Source: Eledone cirrhosa
Lineage: Eukaryota
NCBI GenBank assembly: GCA_964016885.1
Contig: OZ024743.1
Location: 262,446,001-262,510,000 of the forward strand
DNA: 64,000 nucleotides
Direction: 5' to 3'
Each line of letters starts with the position of its first letter. Within the stretch, counting starts at the first letter, position 1. Below are positions 1-13,211 of the stretch, piece by piece. The notes beneath the pieces are model-generated. The model did not search any database and was not told the origin of the DNA. It was given only the letters and a program-made list of their open reading frames with translations. The position numbers were made by a program, and so were the translations under genes.

Positions 1-32
1 TAACCAATGATTGGGTCTTTTGGAGACTTGCC

Positions 33-101
33 AGACTACCTGAGGTAATGTTTTGGGAGAGAATGAGAAAGAGAGCAGACTATCTTAAGTAATGTTTCAG
101 G

Positions 102-160
<59 letters not shown>

Positions 161-358
161 ACTATCTGAAGTAATGTTTTCGGTAAGAGAAATAGAGAAA
201 TAGATAGCTAGATAGAGAGGGGACTATCTGAGGTAATGTTATGGGCGAGAGAGAGAGAGAGAGGACTGTTTGAGGTAATGATATAGGTGAGGGTGAAAGA
301 GAGTACTCTGAAGTAATGTTATGGGTGAGAGAGAGAGAAACTAAAGTAATTTTATGGG
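33..358 (+). repeat. Degenerate minisatellite: core ACTATCTGAGGTAATGTT about 7 times, with (GA)n/(TA)n spacers
   Basis: Core variants near 35, 78, 160, 222, 265, 303 and 340, separated by purine-rich microsatellite spacers of variable length. Confidence 0.75.
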
Positions 359-955
359 GAGGAGGACAAGAAGGAAGATAATAGTGTTGGAGAAATGAGG
401 GTGAGGTTGAGAGAGAGGTGGGGTGGGTTCAGGGAACAAATGGTCAGAAGTAAAAAATAAAGGAGGAAGAAAAATAATTTGCAGAAGTGACAGGTAAGGT
501 GGGGGGGGGGGGGGGGGGGTTAGAAAGGTACATGCATAAAACAAAAATAAAATTATAATAATTGTTTCTACTTTAGGCACAAGAATAATAATAATAATGA
601 TTTCTTTATTGGCCACAAGGGCTGACATCAAGAAAAAGATTACAGACGGTACAGGATGGTACAATGAATAATAATAATAACAACAATAGAGTAAGAAGAA
701 TGATGACAGCAACAATAAAATGAAATTAAAAAAAAAAGGAAAGTAAATCCAATTAAGAAATTACATCATGTTGAGATTAACATGATGTATCCATACAAAT
801 GTACATATGTATTGCATCTGTTCAGGATTATATCAATGTGTATGTTACATATATATATATATATATATATCCATATATATATATACACACGCACATAATG
901 TATGTACATTTTCTAATATATTAATGTGAATGAGTATACATGCATGGGTGTGCGC

Positions 956-998
<43 letters not shown>

Positions 999-1508
999 TA
1001 TACATACACACACATGGAAATCAAACAAAAACATTCTGCATTGAAGTAAATGTTTGTATGTGAAAGAAAGATAGACTATAAAGATACTGGTACAATAAAT
1101 ACATGGTTTGACTACACATACAGACACACACACATGCCTTTAGAGCTTTTTAAATTATATATATTGTTTAGAGGCAGTGAATTGGTTGAGTCATTAGAAC
1201 AATGGAAAGAATCCTTTGGGATATTTGTTCTGCCTCTCTGAGTTCAAATCATCATTCTGTACCGAGATTGATTCCTCCTCTATATCTTTCTCACTTTCTC
1301 TGATTCTCTTCTCTCTCTTTCTTCAAACCTGTTGAGTGAAGGGCTCCACCATGTTTAAGCTCCTAAGTTATGTTGTATGTCACAGCAGAACCCCACACAA
1401 CTCAATCAGTGCTTAATGGCATGGCATTTGTTTAGAATAACATTGAATTCTTTCTTGAGCCTAGAGTCTCATCAGAATGGACATTGTTCTGGTTTCAGGT
1501 GATGTTAA

Positions 1509-1672
1509 CCCTTTAGCATTTAGACCAGCCATAACTGGCCCCTCATACCGACTTTAAGGTATTGTTTTCAAAATAAATAATATCAAAATCTCATAAATTT
1601 GATATTATGTGAGGTAAAGCCTTTTCTGTGAAAATACAATAGTAAATATAGAATAATGTAAATGCTAAAGGG
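1509..1672. mobile_element. piggyBac-type MITE (intact short copy)
   Basis: Perfect 14-bp TIR CCCTTTAGCATTTA / TAAATGCTAAAGGG, flanked by TTAA at 1505-1508 and 1673-1676. Related copies start at 12578 and 44101. Confidence 0.9.
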
Positions 1673-1789
1673 TTAAGCAGCTAAGAGTACTAGACCCCAC
1701 TGGTCAAGACTACAGTTTGTGGACTGGGGCAACATGAAATGTAGTGCCTTGTTCAAATTGAAATCAGAATGTAGAGAGCAAGAACAAAT

Positions 1790-2225
1790 ATAGTAACACT
1801 GCATTATATCATGAGTGAGCCAAGTTACATTGCATTGTGACATGAGAACCAAGTTACACTACTGTGTTACACAACAGTGATCCAAGAGCTAAGTTACATT
1901 GTGTTGTAACACAAGAGTCAAGATGTATTCTGTTGTGACATGAGAACCAAGTTACACTACTGTGTTACAAGAACCTTTTACACTACAAGGTAATGCAAGA
2001 ACCAGTTTACATTGTGTTGTAATAAGAATCAAGTTACATTCTGTTGTGACATGAAGACCAAGTTATACTACTGTGACACAAGAGTAAAGTTATACTGTGT
2101 TATGATACAAGAGCCTGAAAACTAAGTTACACTGCTGCATTGGTACACACACACACTGAGTTACATTGTGTTGTGATGCAAGCTCTGAAGTTGTAAAGTA
2201 CTGAGTTATCCTATGCTGTGACACT
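1790..2225 (+). repeat. ~30-bp minisatellite (CAAGAGCCAAGTTACATTGTGTTGTGACA-like)
   Basis: More than ten degenerate units containing AAGTTACA(C/T)T...TGTG(A/T). Confidence 0.8.
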
Positions 2226-2336
2226 CTAAAAGTTCTGATGTGGTTCCCCCACCCACTAACAATAGTAAATATAGCCAGAAAACGAAGAGGACTATGTTAA
2301 ACAAGAACAAACGAACCCAACCAAACATATTTTTTA

Positions 2337-2712
2337 CTAGCTGAATGACCCGGCGTTGCCCGGGTTACTGCTGTTCTTAAATATGAAGATATATATTTTT
2401 TCTCATAATTTTTTCAAAATATTTACAATTTATAAAAAATAATATAAAAATTGTACTGAAAATTTAGAAATGAAAATTTGTCAATCTTGAAGCACCCCAG
2501 GGTAAACAATATTCATTATGTAATTTTTTGTTGGTGTCCAAATGAATAAATTGTTGCTGCTTCCAACTCGTGAACAAACAATTGAGTTGACCGTGGAAGA
2601 AATATGTAGAAGAGACATCAAGTCCAACTACCTTGAGGGATTGACCTTGAGATTTGTTAATTGAAATAACAAAACTTAGTTTGACTGGTAACTGAAACCT
2701 CTTAAATTTAAC

Positions 2713-2713
<1 letters not shown>
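2337..2713 (-). mobile_element. Helitron 3' fragment (PIF1 helicase C-terminus plus 3' terminus)
   Basis: Minus-strand peptide FKRFQLPVKLSFVISINKSQGQSLKVVGLD...FHGQL matches the RepHel helicase motif V/VI region. Hairpin ACCCGG-CGTTGC-CCGGGT lies just before the terminal CTAG, which is followed by T. Confidence 0.85.
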
Positions 2714-2783
<70 letters not shown>

Positions 2784-3414
2784 TTGTCAGTTATCACATA
2801 TGTATATCTATGTGTAGATGTATGTGGTTAATTCTGTGTATCTGATTAAATATTACGTGAAGATGTATGTGTATGTAACTTACTAAGGCCTAACGTATGT
2901 AACGAACGCACAAACACACAACACTCACAGACACAAACACTCATATACAAAATATGACATCGTCGTCGTGTTATAAAATGCTGTTTACTTATAGTCTATG
3001 GTAGAATATTTTAGATAAAATGTTATATTGTTTTAATCCAAATGAAAATAAAAAATCACATGTTATTAATCCCGGGGTTTAATACTATTAGAACATTTGA
3101 TTTGATTTGGTCGAGCTGTTTGAGAATGCATAAGGAAAATACAGACAGTCAGAGACATAGAATGTTATATATAGAGAGATATATGGATTGTCCCTATCAT
3201 ATAAAATGTATTTAACATTGCAACTACGTGTGCAAAACACAAGTTGAAAACTGCTACAACACAGAGAGTTAAAAATAAGTAAAAAAAAGAAAACATGAAG
3301 TTTTAGCAACCTCATTTCATTTCGTTAAAACATTTTTAGTCATCCTATCTATTGTTAAGTGTAAGTGGAATCTTACCCAGCGTGATTTTATGGAAGGAAA
3401 TTCAATCAAACACA

Positions 3415-4200
3415 TGGATATCCGAGCTGTATCGGAGAAAATACCGGAATTTTGGACACATTCACCACAGGTTTGATTTGTTAGGGTAGAATCACAATTT
3501 AGCCTTAAAAACATAATGACTGACCATACGGTGAGCTCTTTGGATGTCAAAAGGGCAGAAGTACAGGCAGTCCTTCTGAACCCATTGGCAGCTGATAAAT
3601 ATTAGAAATGCACTTTTAAAGGCTTTCGGGAAGTCACGCAACGATGCAAAACTTTTGAGTCTCGGCAGTTTAGGGGATAGAACGTCAACAGCACTAATGA
3701 GGAGAATAAATGAACTCAACGATGATCCTACGATACTCAAGAAAGCACTTTTTCTTGCCAACCTTCCTGTGGACATCAGAGGAATTTTAGCATATCAGAA
3801 ATATGAGGATAAAAAAAATTTTAAAGTCTCCATGTGGATCTTGTTGGTCCTTTACCATCTAGTAATGGAATGATATACACCGTTAGAATCATTGATAGAT
3901 TTACAAGATGGCCTGAAGCTATTCTCCTTCAAAATGCTCATGCCGAAACATGTGTCTCAGCACTTCTTTATCATTAGATGTAACATCAGAGGTCCACAAT
4001 TTACATCAACACTTTAGTCAGAGTTCCATAAACTCCTTGGCATCTCTAGAGATGTCACTACAAGCTATCATCCACAGGCAAATGGAACGATAGAATACGT
4101 CCACTGCCAACTGAAAGCGGCAATTAGTATGATGAGCTACCAATGGTTCTGATTGGTCTCCAGCTGAACTAGTTTATGGTTCATCACTTCATCTTCCCGG
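3415..4200 (+). pseudogene. Decayed Gypsy-type relic: gag N-terminus joined to integrase core
   Basis: Gag-like AVSEKIPEFWTHSPQV*FVRVESQF...LFLANLPVDIRGILA. Integrase HVDLVGPLPSSNG...IDRFTRWPEAI...RGPQFTS...TTSYHPQANGTIE. Stops and frameshifts are present. Confidence 0.85.
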
Positions 4201-4861
4201 AGAAAGGATACAGTCATCATCATCTCACTCTATTGAACCAGATTCTTCTTTTTTGAAACAGTTGAAAAATACAATGTGCTCTTTACAACCAACACAACAC
4301 CAGTTTCATGGCAACAAATCAATTTATCTTCCAAAAAATATTGTATCATCCTATAACACAGACATGTCAACTTTCTCCGTCTGACGGGGAGATCTCGCAC
4401 CCATTTTGGGGTAGGTGAGAGATGTCTTCTCTTGTGAAAATGGGTATAGCTTTCAGTATGTAAAATCTCGCCATTTTGCCGCATTTCTCCCTTTTATGAG
4501 ACACTTTTTTTCATGGTACTCCCCGTTTGGGTTTTTAGAGTTTGGTTGGTCTGCATGACAATACACACAACTCCTCAACATTAATGCACTCAGGATGTGT
4601 CTTGAAACTTCCTTTATGCCATGCAAGTGCTCTACTGGGAGGGAAGTAATGTAGCAATCCTCATTTCAATTTTGAAAAACATTTTTAGTTTCAACTTTTT
4701 TATTCCAAGCTGGATAGATCTTACTACTTCGTTTTTGTTGTTTTTACACATGAAAGCAAACACAAGTCATGAAGAAATGCTCCATATCTGTTGTAGTTTG
4801 ATTAACCATCAAACTACAACAGATATTCTACTATATTTCATTATTTTTAGATGTGAATAAG

Positions 4862-5063
4862 GGTGGTGGATTGGCAGTATCGGTAGAGCGTCGGACACCA
4901 TGCTTCGTGGCATAGAGTAATGGCTTTTTACGTTCTGAGTTCAAATAATGCATTTCATCCTTACGGGGTTGATAAATAAAACACCAGTAATGCACTGAGT
5001 TCGATTTAATCGACATTCCCCTCCCTTTCAAATTGCTGGCCTTGTGCATAAAGTAGAAACAAT
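4862..5063 (+). mobile_element. tRNA-derived SINE, family S1
   Basis: A-box-like TGGCAGTATCGGTAGAG, B-box GAGTTCAAAT, central TTTCATCCTTACGGGGTCGATAAA and tail TTGCTGGCCTTGTGC..AGTAGAAACAAT. At least nine copies occur in the window. Confidence 0.8.
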
Positions 5064-5518
5064 TTTTCTTATATATGAATAAAGATATTCCAAGTCATCT
5101 TATCCATTGTTAAGTGTAATCAGAATCTTACAATGTTACATAAAATTCATCGATTGTATTATTAAAATGCTTATATTATGAAATTAGCGAAAGATGTATA
5201 CAAAAGAATCAAATAGATCAGGGTTTTCCAACTTGGGCGATATGGCCCACTGAACAGAAAATGGTGGGCGATTGGAAATTATGGCGGGTAATATAGAATT
5301 TTTAGTATAACGAAGGTATTTCAACATATGCTACTTGAAAAAAATATTCAAAGGAGATATACAAAGAACCTGTATTAAAACAAAAACAGCAGGCTAAATG
5401 GAATAACTGGGACACACCCCTAGAAATTATATAAATATCTCCGCAAACAAGAAACATTTTGGTATTTTCTACAGTTTTGAAAAGTATTATTAACATTCAA
5501 ATACTTCTTCAGACGAAC

Positions 5519-5592
<74 letters not shown>

Positions 5593-6419
5593 CAGATAAG
5601 GGAACACCCAAAACAACTTTACCAATAAAATTAGGAAGTGATCTCAGTATAAACTCACTAACGCCACCAGCACCGAGAGACCACACATAAAATTGATACA
5701 GACGATGACCTTTAAGAACTTTGACAACATGCCGGAGATGAGGACGACAATGCCAGACAAAATATGAGAATCCCAAGATGGGATCTGATTACAGCTCAAT
5801 GCGCATGTTCATAGAAACAGATAGCCACTTGAAGGTGTTGGATTGTATTGATAGCCAAATGATTGCAACACTCTTGTGTTCTCGTATTTATGGTTTATTG
5901 AAGTCGAACTTCGAGTAACAATATAAGTTGGAGAACGAAAAATACAATAGACAGGGACAGTGGGGGTTACATATAAAACGTGTAAAAAATATAAATAATA
6001 ATAATAACAATAATAAAAAAAGAAAAGAAAACAAAAAAAAAAAGAATAGGAAAATATAGAGAAAAAGAAAGAAAAAAGAACGGGAAGGGGAGAGGATGGC
6101 AAGAACTCTAGTGCCGCAGAAGAGAGGGCTTTGGGCCTAGGAGCAGAAGAGCTGTGCTCCGCGGACAATAGCCAGTGATACCCGCTGCAACAGCTACCCA
6201 ACCTAGCGGGGCTCCTTCCTCAGAGCGCGACTGGGGGAGATAGAGGAGAGGTAGGCAGGTAACTTTTGCTAAATTATTTCACGTACGATAGATTTTGGAT
6301 GTAGTCTATATTTGTTTTTCCCTTTGTATTCCCTCCTTTGCTAATTCACCCGCTTTCCTATTTCCTCTAATATCCGTATGGCTTGTATCTAAATCATTGT
6401 TCTCTTCAGAGCAGTCAAT

Positions 6420-7345
6420 TACCTATGTGTGTTATTTGCAACGAAACCATGAAGCCGCTTCGTTTAACGTATCAGTTATATTCTAAGCATGCTGAACAGA
6501 AAGAAAAACCTTTGTCATATTTTTTACAACTTTTTACAACGACTTCATTCGAAAGGCAAAAAATGTTGATTTCGAAATTTCAGAAAGCAACTACGTAACA
6601 AGATAACGATATGATTGAGTTGTACACACGTTGTGTTACTGGTCTAAAAGGCCAGTAAGTCCCACTATAGGAGAAACATTACTCCAGCTTGTTATTGAAG
6701 AAGTTCTATCGACTGTAATGCATAAAAAGCCTGGTACAATTACGAAGACAATTCCACTTCATAACAACACAACTTCTTGACTTATAGATGAAATGGCCAT
6801 CAACCCATCCATAATCTCCGGAGTTATGAATTTTACATACAAGCTGGCGAACCAGCAGTTGTGGGAAGTCAGTGCTTGATGATGGTGTATGTTCGTTTTT
6901 TATTTAATGAAAATATTTAACCTTATGAGGAGATACTGTTCACTGATCAATTATTGCTTGACTCAAAAGAAAGGTCTATTTTAGATTTATTGAAGTTATT
7001 TTTTAATTAGCATAACACCCCATTGAACAATATTGTTGTCTGTGCATCTGATGGGGCACCTGCTATGGTAGGAAGATACAGAGGTTTTTCTTCTCTCTTA
7101 AAACTTGAACTTTCGTATCCTGTTTTAACAGTTCACTGTGTGACTCACCGGCAACATTTAGTAGCAAAAAATGTCAATGAGATGCTTTAGTGATGTACAG
7201 CAGCTAGTTATTAAAATTGTGAACAAGCTAAAATCAAATTCTTTGAACGAATTTTCCATCAACTCTGCCTCGATAGTAATGTGAGGCTTTTGTATCATAC
7301 TGAAGTACGATGGTTGTCAAAGGGAACAATGTTGACCATTTTGTC
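6420..7345 (+). pseudogene. hAT-Buster transposase remnant (ZBED5/SCAND3-like)
   Basis: PMCVIC..TMKP.RL...SKHAE.KEKPLSYF (BED finger), CASDGAPAMVGRYRGF, VHCVTHRQHLVAK and LLYHTEVRWLSKG motifs, with many frameshifts. Confidence 0.85.
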
Positions 7346-7375
7346 GAACTGTTTCATATAATAGTCGATTACAAG

Positions 7376-7695
7376 CATCTTGGTGGTCAGATTAGTCATA
7401 GCACACGAAAAAAAATGGAAGAAAAATAATTATTTCCCACCAAGATCTGCGAAACTCTAATGGTTTTCCCGCCCCCTTTACCCCTCATTCTACAAAGCTA
7501 ATCGTCTCCAACTGGTTTGGAGGTCAAATTAACTGATAACACGTAGAAAAAAACTTCGCGGGATGGGGTTGGGAAGGGGGGCATAGCACATCCACCCCAC
7601 CACTTCCGTTTTCCTGAAAAAAAAAGGACGATTGCGAGTATCTTGGAGGTTAGATTAGTTGATAGCACACGAAGAAAAAGGAAAAAAAAATGTTC
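7376..7695 (+). repeat. Three ~130-bp-spaced degenerate repeats inside the hAT relic
   Basis: TTGG(T/A)GGT(C/T)AGATTAG..ATAGCACACGAA-like motif near 7380, 7517 and 7643. Confidence 0.55.
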
Positions 7696-7714
7696 TCACT
7701 GAAATCAATTATTT

Positions 7715-7872
7715 ATACTTTTGGCACAAGGCCAGCAATTATCCAAGTGCATTACTGGTACTTTATTTTATCGATCCCGTAAGGATAAAGTTAGCTTCGA
7801 CGGTATTTGAACTCAAATCGTAAAGGGCCATAACTCGATGCTGCACAACATGGCGTCCGACCGTCTACCGAT
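7715..7872 (-). mobile_element. SINE S1 copy nested in the hAT relic
   Basis: Reverse complement of the S1 consensus (GGCACAAGGCCAGCAATT...GGTACTTTATTTTATCGA...TTTGAACTC). Confidence 0.75.
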
Positions 7873-9459
7873 AATTCTATAATAATACCCATTTTTAGTA
7901 TGCTTTTGAATATTTACTATAGAGGTGGGTGTCGGAAATTATTTTTTCATGTGAAAGTGGACGATGACGCAAAAAAGGTTGGGAACTCGTGACATAGATG
8001 TACACATGTTCGTTTCTTTGGTCTTGAGAAAAAATTGTACGAAGACTGATGCATGCAAAAACCTTCAAATTTAGAAGCACAAAGACCGATTTCCAACAAA
8101 AATAACATTCTAAATGTGTCACAAATAAAATCAAAAAGACACAAAAGGACACATGACAGATATGCTTCGATTCTACACGCATATTTTATGGCAACATTAT
8201 ACCCTAAATATGAAAGCACAACAACACATATAAAAACTGGCAAAAAAAAAACAAAACAACAACCCACACTCTGATTTAAAACACGATCTCAACAAACTAG
8301 CAAATACCAGACATGGAAATAGAGAACTTAAAAGAATAAATACACAATAACAAAACAAATAACTTACATAAACATAGAGAATTCCAAACATAAAGAAACA
8401 AACATATCCAAAAGAGATAAAGTAAACAACAAAACACATCACAGCCCAACACTAAAAGACATAGAGTAGTGACCAACAAAAACCGATTCAGGACAACTCA
8501 AACAAAAATATAAATGAAAAAAATACGAGAAAAAAAAAATAAGAAAAAGAACCCCTAATGACGACAGTCTTGACTACAATAAGATACAATTGGAAATAAT
8601 CCAAGAACTCTAAACAATAGAAAATCTCCCTATGGACCAAAGAATACACCTCCCGAAGATAAATATTAATAATAAAATAACAATTATATAAAAACGTTAA
8701 TCCAGTCATCATAGACGTAATAAACATGAATAAAAACATTAGTATCACAAGGCTAAATAATATAATATATGCAGCAGTCGTTGTTACAAAAGAGAGAGGG
8801 TACCCCCTTATATCCACCCACACAAATATGGAAATCAAATATACAAATGAAAGATAGAAAATAAAATATAAGACCTCTCAATCTCAAATGAAATAGGAAA
8901 GAAAACAACAAAACTGGGAATAAGAAATAAAATAAAAATACTAAAGAAATATAATATAACAGAAAAGGAAACCCTGGACTAAGGAATGCCTAAAACAAAT
9001 ACGCGAAGACACAAAGAATCCGGAGTTATGAAAAGCGGCAAAAGTTTTTTTAACAAAATCAACTATTTCACTCCAACCCAAAATGACTCTACCAGGAGGA
9101 GATGGGGATGGCGAGAGAGATGGAGGCAATGACAGTGGGAGTTTGGCTCTTCCATGTTCGGTCCATATCCTTGTGGTTGTGTTCATTAGTCAATCAGGTT
9201 ATAACTGTGGTATTGTATATGCATACAGGTAATTCTGTTTCTTGAACTCTACTTATAGGTAGAAAATAGAAGTAAATATAGCCCCCAAAGTAAAAGAAGT
9301 GGAACAGTTTTGGAGAGAATTATGGGACAGAAAGAAAAGAGAAATAAAAATGCACAAAACTAGCAAGAATAATGAACCAAGATGTGGAGATTGAAAGCAG
9401 ATAGAATCTCTTGGGAAAACTTGAAAAAGTGCAGACAAATGCATAACCAAAATCTTAAT

Positions 9460-9800
9460 CATCATCAACATCATCACTATCATCACTGTTTTACATCTAT
9501 TTTCCATGTTTGCATGGGTTCGACAGGTTGTCACATTCTGAGGCCAGATATATCAGATGACTGTATTTCACCCATGTTGCATATTGGCATGGTTTCTATG
9601 GCTGGTTGCCCTTCCTAACACTAATCACTTCACAGCATAGGATGTGCATATTATGTCCCTACCACTATGACCTGACAGGGTGGATTAGGTGCATTTTATC
9701 ATGGCACTAGCACTACCACTTTATAGAGTGGGTTGGGTGCATTCAATTGTGACACCAGCACTACCACTTTACAATTTTGGTTGAGTGCATTTTATTGCAG
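9460..9800 (-). mobile_element. Old RTE-type 3' tail with tandem subrepeats
   Basis: (CAT)n tail, TTTTCCATGTTTGCATGGGTT and GCTGGTTGCCCTTCCTAACAC, followed by repeated GGGTGCATT...CACTACCACTTTA units. Confidence 0.6.
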
Positions 9801-9952
9801 CCCGCTTGCACATATACACAGCGCAGAAAATAGCATTACTAGGTACTGCACACATTATATAGAATACTGTCGAAAGCATGGAAATATAAAGCTTTAACAA
9901 ACACTGTACATTCCTGAGGCACTCTGTTGTGCAATATATGCATGCAATAATA

Positions 9953-10100
9953 ATGGTTTCTTATATAGGCACAAGGCCAGCAATTTTGGGGGTAGAGAAA
10001 AGTCGATGAAATTGACCCCAGTGCATGACTGGTACTTTATTTTATCGACCCCGTAAGGATGAAAGGCAAAGTTAACCTCGGCGGGATTTGAACTCAGACC
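9953..10100 (-). mobile_element. SINE S1 copy (a second, degenerate copy follows to ~10240)
   Basis: GGTACTTTATTTTATCGACCCCGTAAGGATGAAAGGCAAAGTTAACCTCGGCGGGATTTGAACTCAG. Confidence 0.8.
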
Positions 10101-10959
10101 ATAATAATAATAATTGTTTGTAAAGTAGGCACAAGGTCAACAATTTGGAGTTGAAAAAGATAGTTGATTAAATTAACTGTAGTATATTACTGGTATTTAT
10201 TTTATGAATCCCAGAAAAATAAGTCAGAAGTTAGAACATAAAGCAACAAAACTAATTTTTGTAATAAGTAATTTAATTAATTTCTAGCATAAACAGAAGA
10301 GTTTTTTTGTGGTTTTCCACTTCCTCTACTTCCCTCAACAATCTCTTCCATCATTCTCTCCCCCAGTCACTTTCATCTTTCCTCAACACTTGACACAACC
10401 AGCTCAAAATTGAGAGAAGCATATCTAAAGACCACAAAACATTTTCTTTTCTAGTCTACTAATTTTATCAATTCACCCTATTCTCTCCTAAATGAAGAAG
10501 AATAATGATGATGAAAGCAGCATCCACCATAACACCACTTGGCCTCTAACTTAAATATTATTTTAAGTATGAAGAAAACATCTCAACTCAATATATTACC
10601 TCAGTATTTTTTAAAAATTTGGTTCAGAAGAATTTCTTTCAAGAGAACAAACCGCCAACACTACCCTCACCACCACTACCAACATCAACACAGCAGCAGC
10701 ACCACCACCACCACTAATACCAACATCATTATCATCAACAAAGCACTACTACCAATACCAACAGCATCACACCACCAACAACAACAATGTTGTATCTGAC
10801 ATGCCCAGTAGTCATATGCCCCCCCCCACCCCCCACACTATGTTGTCATTATTGTTATTTTTTAAATCCTTTTTTATTTCATAATATATTCCTTCCAGAG
10901 AAAGGAGTAAAGTGGGGAATGACAGCTAAGACCACCAACAAGTTTTTGCTACTGTCCTG

Positions 10960-11140
10960 TTTATTATTATTATTGTTGTTTCTTTGCTCAGCTTCTAATA
11001 CTGGAGATGTATTACAGTGTTAGCTGTTCACTACTAGTGATCTGAGGTAACACCCCTTATTTTTCAAGTACCCTCAGGAGTATTCGAGCTGTTCCAAACA
11101 ATGATGTTTTTTGTAAGTGTTCCATTTGTATTGCAATCCC
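10960..11140 (-). mobile_element. 3' end of an R4/Dong-like RLE non-LTR retrotransposon
   Basis: Minus strand reads GIAIQMEHLQKTSLFGTARILLRVLEK*, then a short 3' UTR and a (TAA)n tail. Confidence 0.7.
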
Positions 11141-11257
11141 ACCCCTGTTCCCAAGTGAGTGCCTGATTGATCACTTCCTGTCTGGAGACAGCATATAAAA
11201 TATTGGAGATTATTGTATACCAACCAGGTATTGAGAATCACAGTGATGTTTCACTAT

Positions 11258-12219
11258 ATTTCACACTTAATATCCTGTACCACATGAAACCGCATTAGCA
11301 AGACATTCTTGAAAAAGATAAAACAACATTATGATCACATCACATTAAAATTTAAAGTTTGCTGCAAATTTTCATAACAATCTGTCTACTATTAAAGATA
11401 GTATAAACATTTAAATTAACGAACCCATTTTAAAATGTTTTTCTGCTAAATCATTACAGGGTGTTATGAATTAATTTGGTGTTAATATGCAATGCAACAA
11501 AAGTTTCAAGGCCGTTTTCCCTGCTGACGTTAGCCTTTTGGCTGCATCACAAGTTTCTTATCATGATGACTTTTTTGAGGTAAAATTTTCCAGCTGGATA
11601 CCCTTCCCTGGCGCCAACTCTTTCAGTCATCTCCTACGACATGCAGGAATACAGTGTATCTATTCTAAACCAGATGTAGATAATACTGTTAACATATTCA
11701 ATGTAGTGCTGGTGTCACAATAAAAAGCACACAGTCTGCACTGTAAGGTGGTAATGTCAGTCATGATAAAATGTTCCCAGTGGTTGGTGTTAGGAAGGCT
11801 ATCCAGACATAGAAACCAAGCAAAAACTGGAACACACAAGCAAGATGTGGTCACCTGACTAGTCAAACCTCAGTATGTAATAGCATGTCTAATCCATGCA
11901 GGCATGGAAAATAGATTTTTTTTAACAGTGATGATGATGATGGTATACCAGGTATTGAGAATTAGTAGTATTTTACTATATTTAATTCAACGTTATCATC
12001 TTTACTACACAAATCATCGTGAAAATGTGTACTGTTAGAGTAAAGGGTTAAATTTTAAAATTTAGTTTTAAAAGTATAAAAGTATTTTTACTGGAGTGAA
12101 ATGAGGTGTGAAAATATACAGTAAACTAAAATAAAGATGCAGTCATAGTGCTGTTTTATATTTTTCAATAATGTCTTGCTAATGCGGTTTCATGTGGTAC
12201 AGGATGTTATGTGTAAAAT
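11258..12219. mobile_element. MITE/foldback-like element with ~80-bp inverted repeats
   Basis: ATCCTGTACCACATGAAACCGCATTAGCAAGACATT (near 11272) is inverted at ~12169-12204, and the arms extend to ~11258-11337 and ~12140-12219. Confidence 0.55.
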
Positions 12220-12577
12220 CTATTTCTACATATTTTTTTTTTTTGGGGGGGGGTTAACCCTTTTAATGGACTTACTTTTTAGAGAGAGTGAGAGGAAGTG
12301 TGTGTGTGTGTAAGAGAGAGAGTATGTGGGAGTGTAAATATGTAAATAAATGATAGGTTGTGTGTGCATTATGTTGACCATAATATAAGATGTTTTAGAT
12401 ATTTTATAGATAATATTGATGTGTCTCATATCAATTTACTTGCAATCAGAAGCCTGTGGTTGGGTTGAAATTTCGGCTCTATTGTACTATTCTAGCACAT
12501 GGTATGTATGTACCTGTAACTCCTGATGGAATTGTAGAGGTGCTATAATGACATATGGCATTTCTTGTGCATTTTAA

Positions 12578-12915
12578 CCCTTTAGCATTTAAACCAGCTG
12601 TATCTGGCCAGAATTCTCTCACCTCTTTCTGTTCAAACCGCCTATAATGGCCACTCATACTGGCGTTATGGTATTGTTCTCAAAATAAGTAATATCAAAA
12701 TCTCATAGATTTGATAGTGAGATAATTATGTGAAGTAAAGCCTTTGCTGTGAGAATGCAATAGTAAATACTAGCAGAATGGCCCAGCATTGTTCGGGATT
12801 TGCTCTAGGGTTCTTATATATTTGATATATATTTATCCTTATCGAGCCTCGTGAAATAAATACGTTTGTTTATATTTTGTTATTGTGTATGCAAAAATAT
12901 CTGTACATGAATATA

Positions 12916-12950
<35 letters not shown>

Positions 12951-13153
12951 GATATTAACAAATGGAAACTATATTTATAAAACCATATTTATTTCATTAT
13001 ACATATTTCAAGGACACCAAGTTAAATTAAATTATGGTGTGCTTTCATCAGATAAAATATAATATAGATCAGTTTTATAAATAAATATTGACATACCCTT
13101 AAAAAATGCAACCATTACTGTTGGAAGCTCCCGGGAGCTTTAAATAGAACTTT

Positions 13154-13211
<58 letters not shown>

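Larger units (their letters stand above)
5219..7991 (+). mobile_element. hAT (Buster/Charlie group) transposon relic with nested insertions
   Basis: Degenerate TIRs CAGGGTTTTCCAACTT / AGGTTGGGAACTCGTG. 8-bp nnnTAnnn TSD AAATAGAT (5211-5218) versus ACATAGAT (7992-7999). Confidence 0.75.

Noticed and set aside
33-358. CRISPR-like repeat-spacer appearance
   Set aside because: The repeats are degenerate, the spacers are low-complexity and variable in length, there are no cas genes, and the context is eukaryotic.
1448-1480. CTGATGA...GAAA on the minus strand as a hammerhead
   Set aside because: Stem II does not close properly, and there is no stem III or cleavage triplet.
7895-9186. Hydrophobic minus-strand ORFs suggesting membrane proteins
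   Set aside because: They are produced by strongly A/C-biased low-complexity sequence.
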